Shown here piece after piece: positions 53,735 through 62,746 of a stretch of DNA of 64,000 bases (position 1 is the first letter of the stretch; every line of letters starts with the position of its first letter). The stretch is taken from assembly GCA_021821305.1 (NCBI GenBank), contig JAKACP010000001.1, forward strand, positions 404,349 through 468,348, given 5' to 3'. The translations under genes and the position numbers were made by a program. A model generated the notes under the pieces. That model saw only the letters and a program-made list of their open reading frames with translations. It did no database searches and was not told where the DNA came from. This stretch comes from a bacterium (GTDB lineage Bacteria > Patescibacteriota > Minisyncoccia > Moranbacterales > UBA1568).

Positions 53735-55204
53735 ATGAACATGTTTTCCAGCGCCGACAAGGAATCGGAGATGCGGGCGTTCGTTCTCCTCGCGTTGCTC
53801 CTCGGCGGCTATTCGCTCGCCAACGTGCTCGTCGGTCCGTTTTGGCCGGCTTTCTTCGGGCTCGTCGTTCCCGCGGCCGTCCTCGCGTTCCTCTATCCGC
53901 GCGCGGGACTGTTCGTATCCGTCGCGATGACGGTGTTCTTCGAGCGGTTCTACACTCTCTCGCCGCTTGTCATCGGTGAAGCGCAGTACAAGGTCTACGC
54001 CCTCGATGCGGTGCTTGCGGCGTCGTTCGTCTCGGCATTGCTCCTGTGGATGCGGGAAGGGAAACGGTTTTCCCGGTTCCGCTCGTCCGATTGGCTACTC
54101 CTCTCGTTTTTTGGCATCGTGACGGCCATCTTTCTTTTCGAACTTCTCGTGCCTTCGGAGACGAACGTCGCGACGGCGTTTTCCACGTGGAAGAACTACG
54201 TATTCTACGGAGCGCTCTTTTTCCTCGTATCATACGGTCTGCGGACGCGGGATGATATCTTTTTCTTCGCACGGCTCTTCCTGTGGAGCATCGCGGCCGC
54301 CGGTATCTTTCTCCTTATCGGTATCGCGCGCGGTGGGGGATTGTGGACCGAATACACACCGCTCTCGACCGCGGGGACGCGGTTCCTCGCGTTTCCGCAC
54401 GCGTTCTACTTCTCGCTCGGCTTCCTCTCCATATTCTTCTCGTCGCCGTTCTGGCTTGTCGATCCGCGACGGAGCCGTCTTCTCTTCTGGCTCTCGGCCG
54501 TGCTCATCGCCGGCATACTCGGATCGCTCATGCGGCACCTGTGGCTCGGCATCGGCGGAGCCATGGTCTTCGGCTTCCTCTTCTTTCCGTCGGAATACAG
54601 AAGGGCGTTCATCCGTACGGCCCTGCCGTTTCTCGCCGTGGCCGCATCGTCCCTGCTCATTTTCTGGAGCGCGCTCGCGCTTTTTCCGCAGAGCGATATC
54701 CGCGGCGATACGCGATACGTCGCGGACATCCTTTCGGAGCGGATCTTCTCGATCGGCAACCGATACGATGAGAGCCTGGCCTGGCGCGAAGGCGTATGGA
54801 CGAGCGCGATGGCGGAGTTCCGACGGAGCCCGATTTTCGGTATCGGGTTCGGCGCGCAGGTCCCCGTCGAGCTCGGCGACTACCGGTCCTACGTCGAGGT
54901 CCGCAACATGCACAACTCCTGGCTCGCGATGCTCATACAGACCGGCCTCGTGGGTGCGGCGGTCTTTCTCGGATTCCTCGTATCGCTTTGTCTCACGTTG
55001 TTCCGGGCCCACTCCGGCGACCGGTTCTTCGGTGCCATGAAATACGGACTTATGGGGCTCATCGTCTTCCAGTGCCTCGTCTTCTTTTCCCAGCCGTATC
55101 TCGAGACGAATCTTCTCGGCATCTTCTTCTGGATCACGCTCGGAGTGGCGCGGGCGGTGACCGATATGCCGAAAAGTAAGCCGGCCCAGCGAATTGGAAA
55201 TTAG
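53735..55204 (+). CDS. O-antigen ligase family protein (Wzy_C / RfaL-like polytopic membrane protein)
   Basis: About 12 TMs plus a large external loop carrying NMHNSWLAMLIQTGLVGAAVFLGFL (O-antigen ligase signature, H within the loop). The start is uncertain (53735, 53741 or 53771). The ORF-track start at 53672 lies inside the terminator/promoter. Confidence 0.75.
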   Translation: MNMFSSADKESEMRAFVLLALLLGGYSLANVLVGPFWPAFFGLVVPAAVLAFLYPRAGLFVSVAMTVFFERFYTLSPLVIGEAQYKVYALDAVLAASFVSALLLWMREGKRFSRFRSSDWLLLSFFGIVTAIFLFELLVPSETNVATAFSTWKNYVFYGALFFLVSYGLRTRDDIFFFARLFLWSIAAAGIFLLIGIARGGGLWTEYTPLSTAGTRFLAFPHAFYFSLGFLSIFFSSPFWLVDPRRSRLLFWLSAVLIAGILGSLMRHLWLGIGGAMVFGFLFFPSEYRRAFIRTALPFLAVAASSLLIFWSALALFPQSDIRGDTRYVADILSERIFSIGNRYDESLAWREGVWTSAMAEFRRSPIFGIGFGAQVPVELGDYRSYVEVRNMHNSWLAMLIQTGLVGAAVFLGFLVSLCLTLFRAHSGDRFFGAMKYGLMGLIVFQCLVFFSQPYLETNLLGIFFWITLGVARAVTDMPKSKPAQRIGN

Positions 55205-55215
55205 AGATTAGCGTC

Positions 55216-56394
55216 ATGCGCATACTCGAAGTCAACAAATTCTATTATCCGAGGCGGGGAGCCGAACGGCATTTCCTCGATCTCATCGCGCTCCTCGAAT
55301 CGCACGGCCACGAGGTGGCCGTCTTCGCCATGGACGATCCGCGGAATGTTTCCGGGAAGTATGCGAAATACGCCGTGAGCGCCGTCGGATACAACCGGGA
55401 CGATTCGACACGGTGGCAACGGATCGTCGGGATAGGGCGGCTCTTCTGGTCGTTCGAGGCCCGGGCGAAGATGCGGGCCCTGCTCGACGAGTTCCGCCCG
55501 GACATCGTCCATATCCACAACGCCTACCACCAGCTCTCGCTCTCGTTCCTGCCCGTCATCCGCAGGCGCGGGGTTCCGATCATGCAGACCGTCCATGACT
55601 ATCACCTGATCTCGCCCGACAAGGACGAGTACCATTCGTCCGTCGGCCGCGCGTACTGGAAGTTTCTCTTCGTGCCGAAATACGGCTTCGGCAAGCGTCT
55701 CCTCCTCGTGCTCAAATCCTATTGGGAGCGGCTCTGGGGATTCCGGGACATGGTGGACGTCTATATTGCGCCGAGCCGGTTCGTCGAAGAGACGCTCGTG
55801 CGAGGCGGCATCCCCGGATCGAAGATCACCGTCATTCCGCATTTCATCTCCTCTTCGCCGGCCGTCGTTTCCGAAGCGGAACCATCGGAACCGTACGCGC
55901 TCTACTTCGGCGGCATCACCGAGGAAAAGAATATCCGCGAGCTCGCGGCGATCTTCGAGAAACTCAGATTCCGACTCGTGCTCGCGGGTAGCCGCCGCAT
56001 GGATATTCCCCAAGGACCGTACGTGGACTCTGTCGGCGAAAAGACGGAGGACGAACTCAAGGCGCTCATCGCCGGGTCGTCGTTCGTCGTGTCCGCTTCG
56101 CGACTACCGGAAACGTTCGGGCTCATCGTGCTCGAGGCGAATATCCAGGGGAAGCCGTTTCTCGGGTATCGGACCGGCGCGTTCCCCGAGCTTGTCGACA
56201 ATGACAGGAACGGTTGGCTTGCGGTAAACAAGGGAGAGTTCGAGCTTTTTGTGACTCGGTTCGTGAAAGGAGAAATGAGGGCGATGGAACCGGAGGCGAT
56301 ACGGCGCGCGGCTTTGGAAAAATACGGGGCCGATACCTATCTCGGGAAGTTTTCTTCCATAGTCCGGTCGATACGGCGGAGTGAGTCTGCCTAA
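55216..56394 (+). CDS. Glycosyltransferase family 4
   Basis: N-terminal MRILEVNKFYYPRRGAERHFLDLI. C-terminal ETFGLIVLEANIQGKPFLGYRTGAFPELVDN (EX7E). Confidence 0.85.
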   Translation: MRILEVNKFYYPRRGAERHFLDLIALLESHGHEVAVFAMDDPRNVSGKYAKYAVSAVGYNRDDSTRWQRIVGIGRLFWSFEARAKMRALLDEFRPDIVHIHNAYHQLSLSFLPVIRRRGVPIMQTVHDYHLISPDKDEYHSSVGRAYWKFLFVPKYGFGKRLLLVLKSYWERLWGFRDMVDVYIAPSRFVEETLVRGGIPGSKITVIPHFISSSPAVVSEAEPSEPYALYFGGITEEKNIRELAAIFEKLRFRLVLAGSRRMDIPQGPYVDSVGEKTEDELKALIAGSSFVVSASRLPETFGLIVLEANIQGKPFLGYRTGAFPELVDNDRNGWLAVNKGEFELFVTRFVKGEMRAMEPEAIRRAALEKYGADTYLGKFSSIVRSIRRSESA

Positions 56395-56471
56395 GGCCGT
56401 TTGCCAGAAATTCGCTCTCGCGTTGTAATACGGGGTAGAAGCGGTTCTTTCACATTCATGGAGGGTTTGTC

Positions 56472-56705
56472 ATGACTTCGATGACTTCGCGTGGGGCCCT
56501 CCCGATCAGGGGCCTGATGAAACTGATCGTCTTCCTGGTGTTGCTCGCCGCGCTTATCTGGCACTTCGTTCTGGAATACGAACGATACGCGGAAGGCGAG
56601 TTCCTCAAGAAAATCTATCAGGAATCGGTCCAGAGGATGAAATTTCTCGACGACTGTGATTGTGTCAAACGATTGAAGCCCTCACCGACGGACACGATAG
56701 GGTGA
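56472..56705 (+). CDS. Hypothetical small single-TM protein (77 aa) with a C-terminal DDCDC motif
   Basis: RBS ggaggg lies 7 nt before the ATG. TM LMKLIVFLVLLAALIWHFV. Confidence 0.45.
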   Translation: MTSMTSRGALPIRGLMKLIVFLVLLAALIWHFVLEYERYAEGEFLKKIYQESVQRMKFLDDCDCVKRLKPSPTDTIG

Positions 56706-56769
56706 AGGAGTTCGATCAAGTCAGGCGGGTGCATGGAAATATGCCCCGCCTTTCTCTTCGTTCAGGGTC

Positions 56770-56798
56770 TTGACATGATCCATCTTTCGGTATATATT
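56770..56798 (+). promoter_or_regulatory. Sigma70 promoter
   Basis: TTGACA (56770-75), 17-nt spacer, TATATT (56793-98), upstream of the small gene at 56836. Confidence 0.55.
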
Positions 56799-56835
56799 GT
56801 GGCCATCGATGTTCTTTTCTTGAAGGGAGACTCTC

Positions 56836-57045
56836 ATGGCTACACAGCTCAAACGGAAGGGAATCTTCCTTCTCGGGGTTCTCGTCGGTGCGGCACTCTC
56901 GGTTTCGGCCGGAATCGTCGATATGGAACGGACGCCCCAGGCTCCGGACGTGATCATCTACGGACCGATACCGTCGGACATCACGCCGACCCTCAAATAC
57001 GATTACGTTCCCATCCACGCTGAGAACGATCACGTGTTCACCTGA
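56836..57045 (+). CDS. Hypothetical small secreted protein (69 aa)
   Basis: RBS gggag. Signal-like MATQLKRKGIFLLGVLVGAALSVSAG. Terminator at 57061-57096. Confidence 0.45.
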   Translation: MATQLKRKGIFLLGVLVGAALSVSAGIVDMERTPQAPDVIIYGPIPSDITPTLKYDYVPIHAENDHVFT

Positions 57046-57060
57046 AAGGTGGAAAACCGA

Positions 57061-57096
57061 AAGCGGAAAGGACAAATCCTTTCCGCTTTTTCTTTG
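57061..57096 (+). terminator. Rho-independent terminator
   Basis: agcggaaagga-caaa-tcctttccgct followed by ttttctttg. Confidence 0.75.
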
Positions 57097-57104
57097 TTCC
57101 ACTT

Positions 57105-57260
57105 CGAACGGTGCATCACATGTGCCGGGAACCGCGCATTGTTTGAACAAGCCCCTGTTTTCCCGGAAAATATTCTCGGGATGCCGTCGAGTGAGGAATA
57201 TTTTCCGGAAAGAAAACAGGGAGCGGTGAGGGTGCGGTCGGAAATGGGATGCACCGTTCG
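57105..57260 (-). repeat. Copy 3 of the 3-copy conserved intergenic element (core 57125-57243), inverted orientation
   Basis: The reverse complement matches the core of copy 2 at about 95%. It is flanked by a different perfect 13-bp inverted repeat, cgaacggtgcatc (57105-17) / gatgcaccgttcg (57248-60). The internal 13-bp hairpin is conserved. The small hairpin uugcu-ca-agcaa of copy 2 reads uuguu-ca-aacaa here (C-G to U-A compensatory change). Confidence 0.9.
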
Positions 57261-57287
57261 GTCAATGGATGATCCTTCGGCTTGAGG

Positions 57288-59402
57288 TCACTTGCCGATC
57301 GCGATGCGCGCGTCGATGACGCGGAAATTGTCCGCGTCGGGAAAGACGTTGACCGGATTGATGTCGAGTTCCCGTATTTCCGGGAAATCCTCGACAAGCC
57401 GTGAGAGACGTTCGAGCAATTCGACGATGTGGTCGGTATCGATCCTGGCTTCGCCACGGGCGCCGTCGAGGATCGAGGCGCTCCGCAGTTCCGAGAGCAT
57501 CTCGAGGGCGTCCTCGCGGACGATCGGCGCGAAGCGGAACGATGCGTCGTTCAGCACTTCGGTGTAGATGCCGCCCATGCCGACGACGAGCACGGTGCCG
57601 AGCCCCGGTTCCTGCTTCGCTCCGAAGATGAGCTCCTTGCCTCCGGACATCGCCATCTCGACGATCATCGCGCCTTCGAGGCGCGCCTCGGGGGCCTTCA
57701 TGCGCACCCGGTGGAGGAGCTCTCCGAATTTCTGTCCCGCTTCCTCGGGTGCGACGTTGAGCATGACGCCGCCCAATTCCGTCTTATGTATGATGTCCGG
57801 GGAAACGATCTTGAGGACGACCGGCCGGCCGATCTCCCGCGCCGCCTTGTCCGCTTCCTCGGGACTGCGGACATAGGTGCTCCGGAGGATCGGAAATCCG
57901 TACGCGCGGAGGACCTCGTAGGCCTCGCGCTCGTAGAGCATGGTGCGCTCCTCGGCGAAGACGCGCGCGAAGATTTCCTTCGCCCGGTCACGGTCGATAT
58001 CGGGGAATTCACGCTTCGCGGAGAAACCGCCCGACCGCCACTTCGCCACCTGTGCCATGGAACCGAGCGCCTTCGCTCCCTCTTCGGGATAGGCGAAGAC
58101 GGATACTCCCGCTTCCCTGAGTATTTCCGCTCCCGCCTCGAGGAGCGACGATCCGGCGAAGACCGCGACGACGGGCTTGCCGCAGGATCGTTTGGTTTCC
58201 ACGATGGCGCGTGCCGTCTCTTCGGCTTCCGTCATGGACTGCGGCGTGAGGATCACGAGCAGGCTGTCCACACCCTCTTCCGCCGACACGAGTTCGAGCG
58301 CCGCGCGGTATCGGTCGCTCTTGGCGTCTCCGAGGACGTCCACCGGATTCTCGACGCTCGCCGCCTGGGGGAGCGCCCGGTGGAGCGCGGCCTTGGTGTC
58401 GTCGGAGAGGGCGGCCAATGTGAGGCCGGCCCGGCTCGCCGCGTCGGTCGCGAGCACGCCGGGTCCGCCGGCGTTGGTGATGATGGCGACGGAACTCCCG
58501 CGGGGGAGGGGATTCTTGGAAAAGATCGACACGGCGTCGAGCAGTTCGCGGAGCGTGTCGGCGCGGAGCATGCGCGATTGCCGGAAGATCGACTCATACG
58601 CGGCCTCGGAACCGGCGAGCGCGCCGGTATGCGAGCTCGTCGCCTTTATCCCGCTCTCGCTCCGTCCCGACTTGAGGCCGATGATGGGCTTGGGTTCGGC
58701 GCGGGAGATCGCGCTCCGGCCGATTTCGACGATCGCGGCCGCATCGGTGAGGTTTTCGGAATAAAACGACACTACCTTGGTCGAGTCATCCTCGGCGAAG
58801 AAGGTAAGGAGCGCCTTCTCGTCGATCACCGCCTTGTTGCCGGTGCTCACGAACTTGGAGAAGCCGACTTCCCCTCGGGCGAGGTCGAGCATGGCGGTGC
58901 AGAGCGCACCTGACTGCGAGAAGAACGCGACCGGGCCGTCGTCAGGCAGTACGGGTGCGAACGAGGCGTTGAGACCGATCTTCGGGTGCAGGAACCCGAG
59001 ACAGTTCGGTCCGAGGAGCGCGATGCCGTATTGTCCGGCGATCGTCGCGACCGTGTCTTCGAGCACCTTGCCGTCCGGCCCGGTTTCCTTGAATCCGGCC
59101 GAGATGATGGCGGCCGCCCTGATACCTTTTTCTCCGGATTGCCGGAGCACTTCCGGGACGATGGCGGCCGGGACGATGATGATGGCGAGCTCCGGCGTGC
59201 CGGGGACGCTCGCGAGGTCTGGGTAGCAGGGGACGCCGAAGAGTTCGGTGGTTTTCGGATTGACGAGGAAGGTCTCTCCCGCGAATTCGCCTTGGGTGAG
59301 ATTTTTCGCGATGTCGTTCCCGACGCTTCCCGGAGTGGTCGAGGCCCCGATGACGGCGATCGACTTCGGCGAGAACAATATATTGAGATCGGAGGTCTGC
59401 AT
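57288..59402 (-). CDS. Acetate--CoA ligase (ADP-forming), fused alpha/beta subunits (acetyl-CoA synthetase, NDP-forming)
   Basis: N-terminal CoA-binding Rossmann domain (KSIAVIGASTTPGSVG), succinyl-CoA-synthetase-like domains with a phosphohistidine loop region, and a C-terminal ATP-grasp domain. The start at 59402 (cat 59400-02) lies downstream of a minus-strand promoter. The ORF-track start at 59480 would lie upstream of that promoter. Confidence 0.8.
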   Translation of the reverse strand: MQTSDLNILFSPKSIAVIGASTTPGSVGNDIAKNLTQGEFAGETFLVNPKTTELFGVPCYPDLASVPGTPELAIIIVPAAIVPEVLRQSGEKGIRAAAIISAGFKETGPDGKVLEDTVATIAGQYGIALLGPNCLGFLHPKIGLNASFAPVLPDDGPVAFFSQSGALCTAMLDLARGEVGFSKFVSTGNKAVIDEKALLTFFAEDDSTKVVSFYSENLTDAAAIVEIGRSAISRAEPKPIIGLKSGRSESGIKATSSHTGALAGSEAAYESIFRQSRMLRADTLRELLDAVSIFSKNPLPRGSSVAIITNAGGPGVLATDAASRAGLTLAALSDDTKAALHRALPQAASVENPVDVLGDAKSDRYRAALELVSAEEGVDSLLVILTPQSMTEAEETARAIVETKRSCGKPVVAVFAGSSLLEAGAEILREAGVSVFAYPEEGAKALGSMAQVAKWRSGGFSAKREFPDIDRDRAKEIFARVFAEERTMLYEREAYEVLRAYGFPILRSTYVRSPEEADKAAREIGRPVVLKIVSPDIIHKTELGGVMLNVAPEEAGQKFGELLHRVRMKAPEARLEGAMIVEMAMSGGKELIFGAKQEPGLGTVLVVGMGGIYTEVLNDASFRFAPIVREDALEMLSELRSASILDGARGEARIDTDHIVELLERLSRLVEDFPEIRELDINPVNVFPDADNFRVIDARIAIGK

Positions 59403-59423
59403 AGCGGAAAAAAAGAGATTACG

Positions 59424-59480
59424 GTACCAGTATAGCGGATGACCCCATCTCTTGACAAAAGAGCCATTTTTTGCTATCAT
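59424..59480. promoter_or_regulatory. Overlapping divergent promoters sharing a palindromic -35 (TTGACAA/TTGTCAA)
   Basis: Plus strand: TTGACA (59452-57), 17-nt spacer, TATCAT (59475-80), driving 59508. Minus strand: TTGTCA (reverse complement of 59453-58), 18-nt spacer, TATACT (reverse complement of 59429-34), driving the acs gene. Confidence 0.55.
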
Positions 59481-59507
59481 ATAGCGTTAAAAATTAGGGG
59501 AAGAATT

Positions 59508-60449
59508 ATGTCGTATTTCGGTTTGAAAGAAGCGAAAATCGCGGGTATTTTCGTAGGGGCCGCTCTCGCGGTGTTCCTGCCGATTTTCGCTTTCGGTGAC
59601 AACGATGTCATCTTCGTGGACGATGACGCGAGCGGATCCCAGACGGGCTCCTACGATCATCCGTATCGCACGATAGGGAAAGCGCTCGATCATGCGGACA
59701 GCGGGACGGAAGTCCGTGTGAAAAAGGGCACCTACAAGGAAAACATCGAGATCCCGAAAGGCGTGAAGGTGGTGAGCGACGGCGAGGACCGTTCGGATGT
59801 CACCATCGACGGCAGTTCCAAGAAGCCGACGGTCACGATGAAGCACAAGTCCACCCTGAGCCACGTCACGGTCAAGGAAGGCCGGAACGGAATCCGTATA
59901 AACGACGACTCCAAGGCGCACATCTTCGATGTGCTCGTGAAGGATGCGGAACGGGACGGCATCTTCATCGAATCGTCTCCGCGCGACAAGAAGTACCGCG
60001 CCTACATCGACAAGGTCGAGATCAAGGACAGCGGCAAGACGGGTATCTACGCGAAGAAGCGTCTCGTCGTCATCGTCAACAGCAAGATCCATAACAATGA
60101 TTCCGAAGGAATCGATTTCCAGGCCGGTGTCGACGCGTGGCTCGAAGGGAACAAGGTGTACGACAACAAGGGAACCGGATGGAAGGTCGTCATGGACGGT
60201 TCGGAGATCTGGACCACCAAGAACGATTTTCGCCGCAACGGACGGGAAGGCATCCAGGTCGAGAGCTTCGGCGCTCCCAGCAAGTTCGGGGTGAAGAAGT
60301 CGAAGGCGGTCGACAACGGCCGGTACGGCATAGCGATCGTCGCCCGCAACGACGCGGCGCTCGGCATGTGGAAGAGCATCTTCCTCGAGAACAATTCCGT
60401 CTTCGGAAACGTGCTCGGGCAGGTTTCGAAAGTCATTCTGGTCAGGTAG
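59508..60449 (+). CDS. Secreted/membrane-anchored right-handed parallel beta-helix repeat protein (pectin-lyase fold, DUF1565-like)
   Basis: RBS aggggaag. N-terminal hydrophobic segment IAGIFVGAALAVFLPIFAFG. Repeated beta-helix rungs (NGIRINDDSKAHIFDV, DGIFIESSP, TGIYAKKRLVVIVNSKIHNNDSEGIDF, NKGTGWKV, NGREGIQVE, GRYGIAIV). Confidence 0.65.
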   Translation: MSYFGLKEAKIAGIFVGAALAVFLPIFAFGDNDVIFVDDDASGSQTGSYDHPYRTIGKALDHADSGTEVRVKKGTYKENIEIPKGVKVVSDGEDRSDVTIDGSSKKPTVTMKHKSTLSHVTVKEGRNGIRINDDSKAHIFDVLVKDAERDGIFIESSPRDKKYRAYIDKVEIKDSGKTGIYAKKRLVVIVNSKIHNNDSEGIDFQAGVDAWLEGNKVYDNKGTGWKVVMDGSEIWTTKNDFRRNGREGIQVESFGAPSKFGVKKSKAVDNGRYGIAIVARNDAALGMWKSIFLENNSVFGNVLGQVSKVILVR

Positions 60450-60532
60450 ATCGGTTGTCATATATTTCGGGTTAAACGGTATTAATGTCGGACGAGGCAG
60501 AGAGCGGCTTTGTTTGATCAATAGAGACGATT

Positions 60533-61702
60533 ATGAAAATCGCACTCATCGGACAAAAAGGCATTCCCGCGAAATCGGGCGGCGTGGAGAAGCACGTCGA
60601 AAAGCTCGCTGAACGGCTCGCGACGCTCGGTCACGAGGTGACCGTGTATACGCGGCCGCACTACACGGACAAGGCCCTGCGCGAGTGGCAGGGGGTACGT
60701 CTCGTGTCTTTGCCGAGCATCCGCACGAAGCATCTCGACGCGATCACGCACACCTTCGTGGCGACCATGCACGCGTTGTTCCAGGACTACGACGTGATCC
60801 ACTATCAGTCGATCGGGCCGTCGACGCTCGCGTTCATCCCGCGGATCTTCAAGCGCGGGGCGCTCGTCATCGCGACCTTCCACAGCCGGGACTACTTCCA
60901 TAAGAAGTGGGGATCGTTCGCCAAATGGTTCCTTCATCGGGCGGAGAATCTGACGTGCACGGTGCCCGAGAAGACCATCGCGATCAGTCGCGGCATCGTC
61001 GAGTACGCGCGTGAGCGGTACGGCACCGACATTCTCTACATCCCGAACGGTGCGGAAGGAGAACCGGTGAGGACCACCGAATTCCTCTCCGCGTTCGGAC
61101 TCCGGGAGAAACGCTATGTCCTCGCGGTATCGCGGCTCGTCGAGCACAAGGGTATCCACTATCTCGTGAAGGCGTTCCAGGATCTCGAAGATACGGGAAA
61201 ACTTCCGAACAATCTCAAACTGGTGATCGTCGGCACGCACGCCGAGACGCCGGAGTACGAGGCGTACCTCAAGACCATGAGCGCCGGCCGGGACAACATC
61301 CTGTTCCTCGGCGAACAGACGGGGACCGCGCTCGCGGAACTCTTCTCGCACGCGGCCGTCTTCGTACAGCCGTCCGAGGACGAGGGTCTCTCGATCGCGC
61401 TCCTCGAGGCGATGAGCTACGGACTGCCCATCGTCGCGAGCGACATCTCGGGCAACGAGGAGGCGCTCGGCGGTGCCGGTGTCTACTTCCGGACCAAGGA
61501 TGTCGAATCGCTCAAGAACGAACTCGCCGCGCTCATCAATCGGCCGGAGGAGATGGACGTGTTCGGGAAACTGGCCCGCGGACGGGCGCAGAACGTGTAC
61601 GGATGGGAATCGATCGCGCGGCAGACCGTCGAAGCCTACGAGGACGCCCTGCGGGACCGCGCTCACACAACCTATGGATTACGGAGTAAGAAAAATGCGT
61701 AA
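60533..61702 (+). CDS. Glycosyltransferase family 4
   Basis: MKIALIGQKGIPAKSGGVEKHVEKLAERLATLGHEV. C-terminal EGLSIALLEAMSYGLPIVASDISGNEEAL. Confidence 0.85.
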   Translation: MKIALIGQKGIPAKSGGVEKHVEKLAERLATLGHEVTVYTRPHYTDKALREWQGVRLVSLPSIRTKHLDAITHTFVATMHALFQDYDVIHYQSIGPSTLAFIPRIFKRGALVIATFHSRDYFHKKWGSFAKWFLHRAENLTCTVPEKTIAISRGIVEYARERYGTDILYIPNGAEGEPVRTTEFLSAFGLREKRYVLAVSRLVEHKGIHYLVKAFQDLEDTGKLPNNLKLVIVGTHAETPEYEAYLKTMSAGRDNILFLGEQTGTALAELFSHAAVFVQPSEDEGLSIALLEAMSYGLPIVASDISGNEEALGGAGVYFRTKDVESLKNELAALINRPEEMDVFGKLARGRAQNVYGWESIARQTVEAYEDALRDRAHTTYGLRSKKNA

Positions 61703-62726
61703 ACCGGTTCTCGGATCGAAAGGGCGGTACTACCTCTTGGCCGCTCTTTTCGCGTCGTTCGCGTCGGCCTTGGTGCTCGCGGACTCGTTTCGGACGTACG
61801 AATCGGAGACGACGGCTATCATGCTCGCCAAGAGCGATCGGGCCGCCGTCCTCCTTCGATCGACGGTCGAGAATGCCGATCTCCTCGCCGATACGGATCC
61901 GTACCGGACGCGGTTCTTCGAGGAGCTCTCCGCGAAGAGCGGGAAATTCGACGAATTGTCCACATCCTCCCGTCGGGAGACGTTCGACGCGATGGTCGAC
62001 GTCGCCGCGGACGAGCGGGGAAGCGTGCTTCGCATACGCGGATACGCCGACGATCCCGACGATGCGAAGGAGATATCGCGCGTCGCGACCCTGTCGCTGT
62101 TCCGTTTCCTGGGACAGTATTATAATGTGAAGGAAGATGTCGACTTCCGTATCGCCGGCGGACCCACGACGGTCTCGGGCATTTCCCACATGCCGTCGTT
62201 CGTTCTCTCGAGCGTCGCGCTCGGTGTCCTCTCGACGTCGATCCTGTTCCTCGCCCTCTGGGCGCTCCCGCGGGTGTTCGCGCTTTCCGGCGGCCGTGCC
62301 GTTTCCCGGAAGCCGCTCCTCGATGCCGGGGTATTCGAGCCGAGCCGCCCGATGTCGCCGTATTTCGACCAGGCGCCCATGGAAACGTCCGTGTCACCGC
62401 GCGAACCGTTTCCGTCCGCTCCTCCGATGCCGACGAGCATGGAGGAACCCCTGCCGATGCCGCCCGTGCCGGCGGAACCGGCTCCGGCGCATATCAAGAG
62501 CGCGTCCGCTCCGGTGAACCTTCCCTCGCTTTCCGAAGCCGAGGAGCAGTTTCTGCGGGAGTTCTCCTTCGAAGGATCGCTCGAGGAAGAAGGCACTGAC
62601 GAGGCTCGCGAAGCCGTCCGAACCGGGGCCGAGTCCGTCGTACCAGCACCGGAACCCGAAGCGCCCCGCGATGAACCGACGGAAGCGGAATACAAACGGC
62701 GCCTCAACGAACTGCTCAGAGGGTAA
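61695..62726 (+). CDS. Wzz-like chain-length-determinant family membrane protein with a long Pro/acidic C-terminal tail (putative)
   Basis: RBS ggag lies 8 nt before the ATG at 61695, with an 8-nt overlap with the previous gene. N-terminal TM (YYLLAALFASFASALVLA), a periplasmic domain of about 170 aa, a second TM (VLSSVALGVLSTSILFLALWAL), then a tail of about 150 aa rich in P/E/A. The track ORF from 61473 is out-of-context upstream extension. Confidence 0.5.
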   Translation: MRKPVLGSKGRYYLLAALFASFASALVLADSFRTYESETTAIMLAKSDRAAVLLRSTVENADLLADTDPYRTRFFEELSAKSGKFDELSTSSRRETFDAMVDVAADERGSVLRIRGYADDPDDAKEISRVATLSLFRFLGQYYNVKEDVDFRIAGGPTTVSGISHMPSFVLSSVALGVLSTSILFLALWALPRVFALSGGRAVSRKPLLDAGVFEPSRPMSPYFDQAPMETSVSPREPFPSAPPMPTSMEEPLPMPPVPAEPAPAHIKSASAPVNLPSLSEAEEQFLREFSFEGSLEEEGTDEAREAVRTGAESVVPAPEPEAPRDEPTEAEYKRRLNELLRG

Positions 62727-62746
62727 GACTTCATCTATCGATACGC

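Noticed and set aside
59403-59480. 26-codon N-terminal extension of the ADP-forming ACS (start at 59480)
   Set aside because: It would lie upstream of the only recognisable minus-strand promoter (TTGTCA-18-TATACT). Met at 59402 begins right before the conserved CoA-binding domain.
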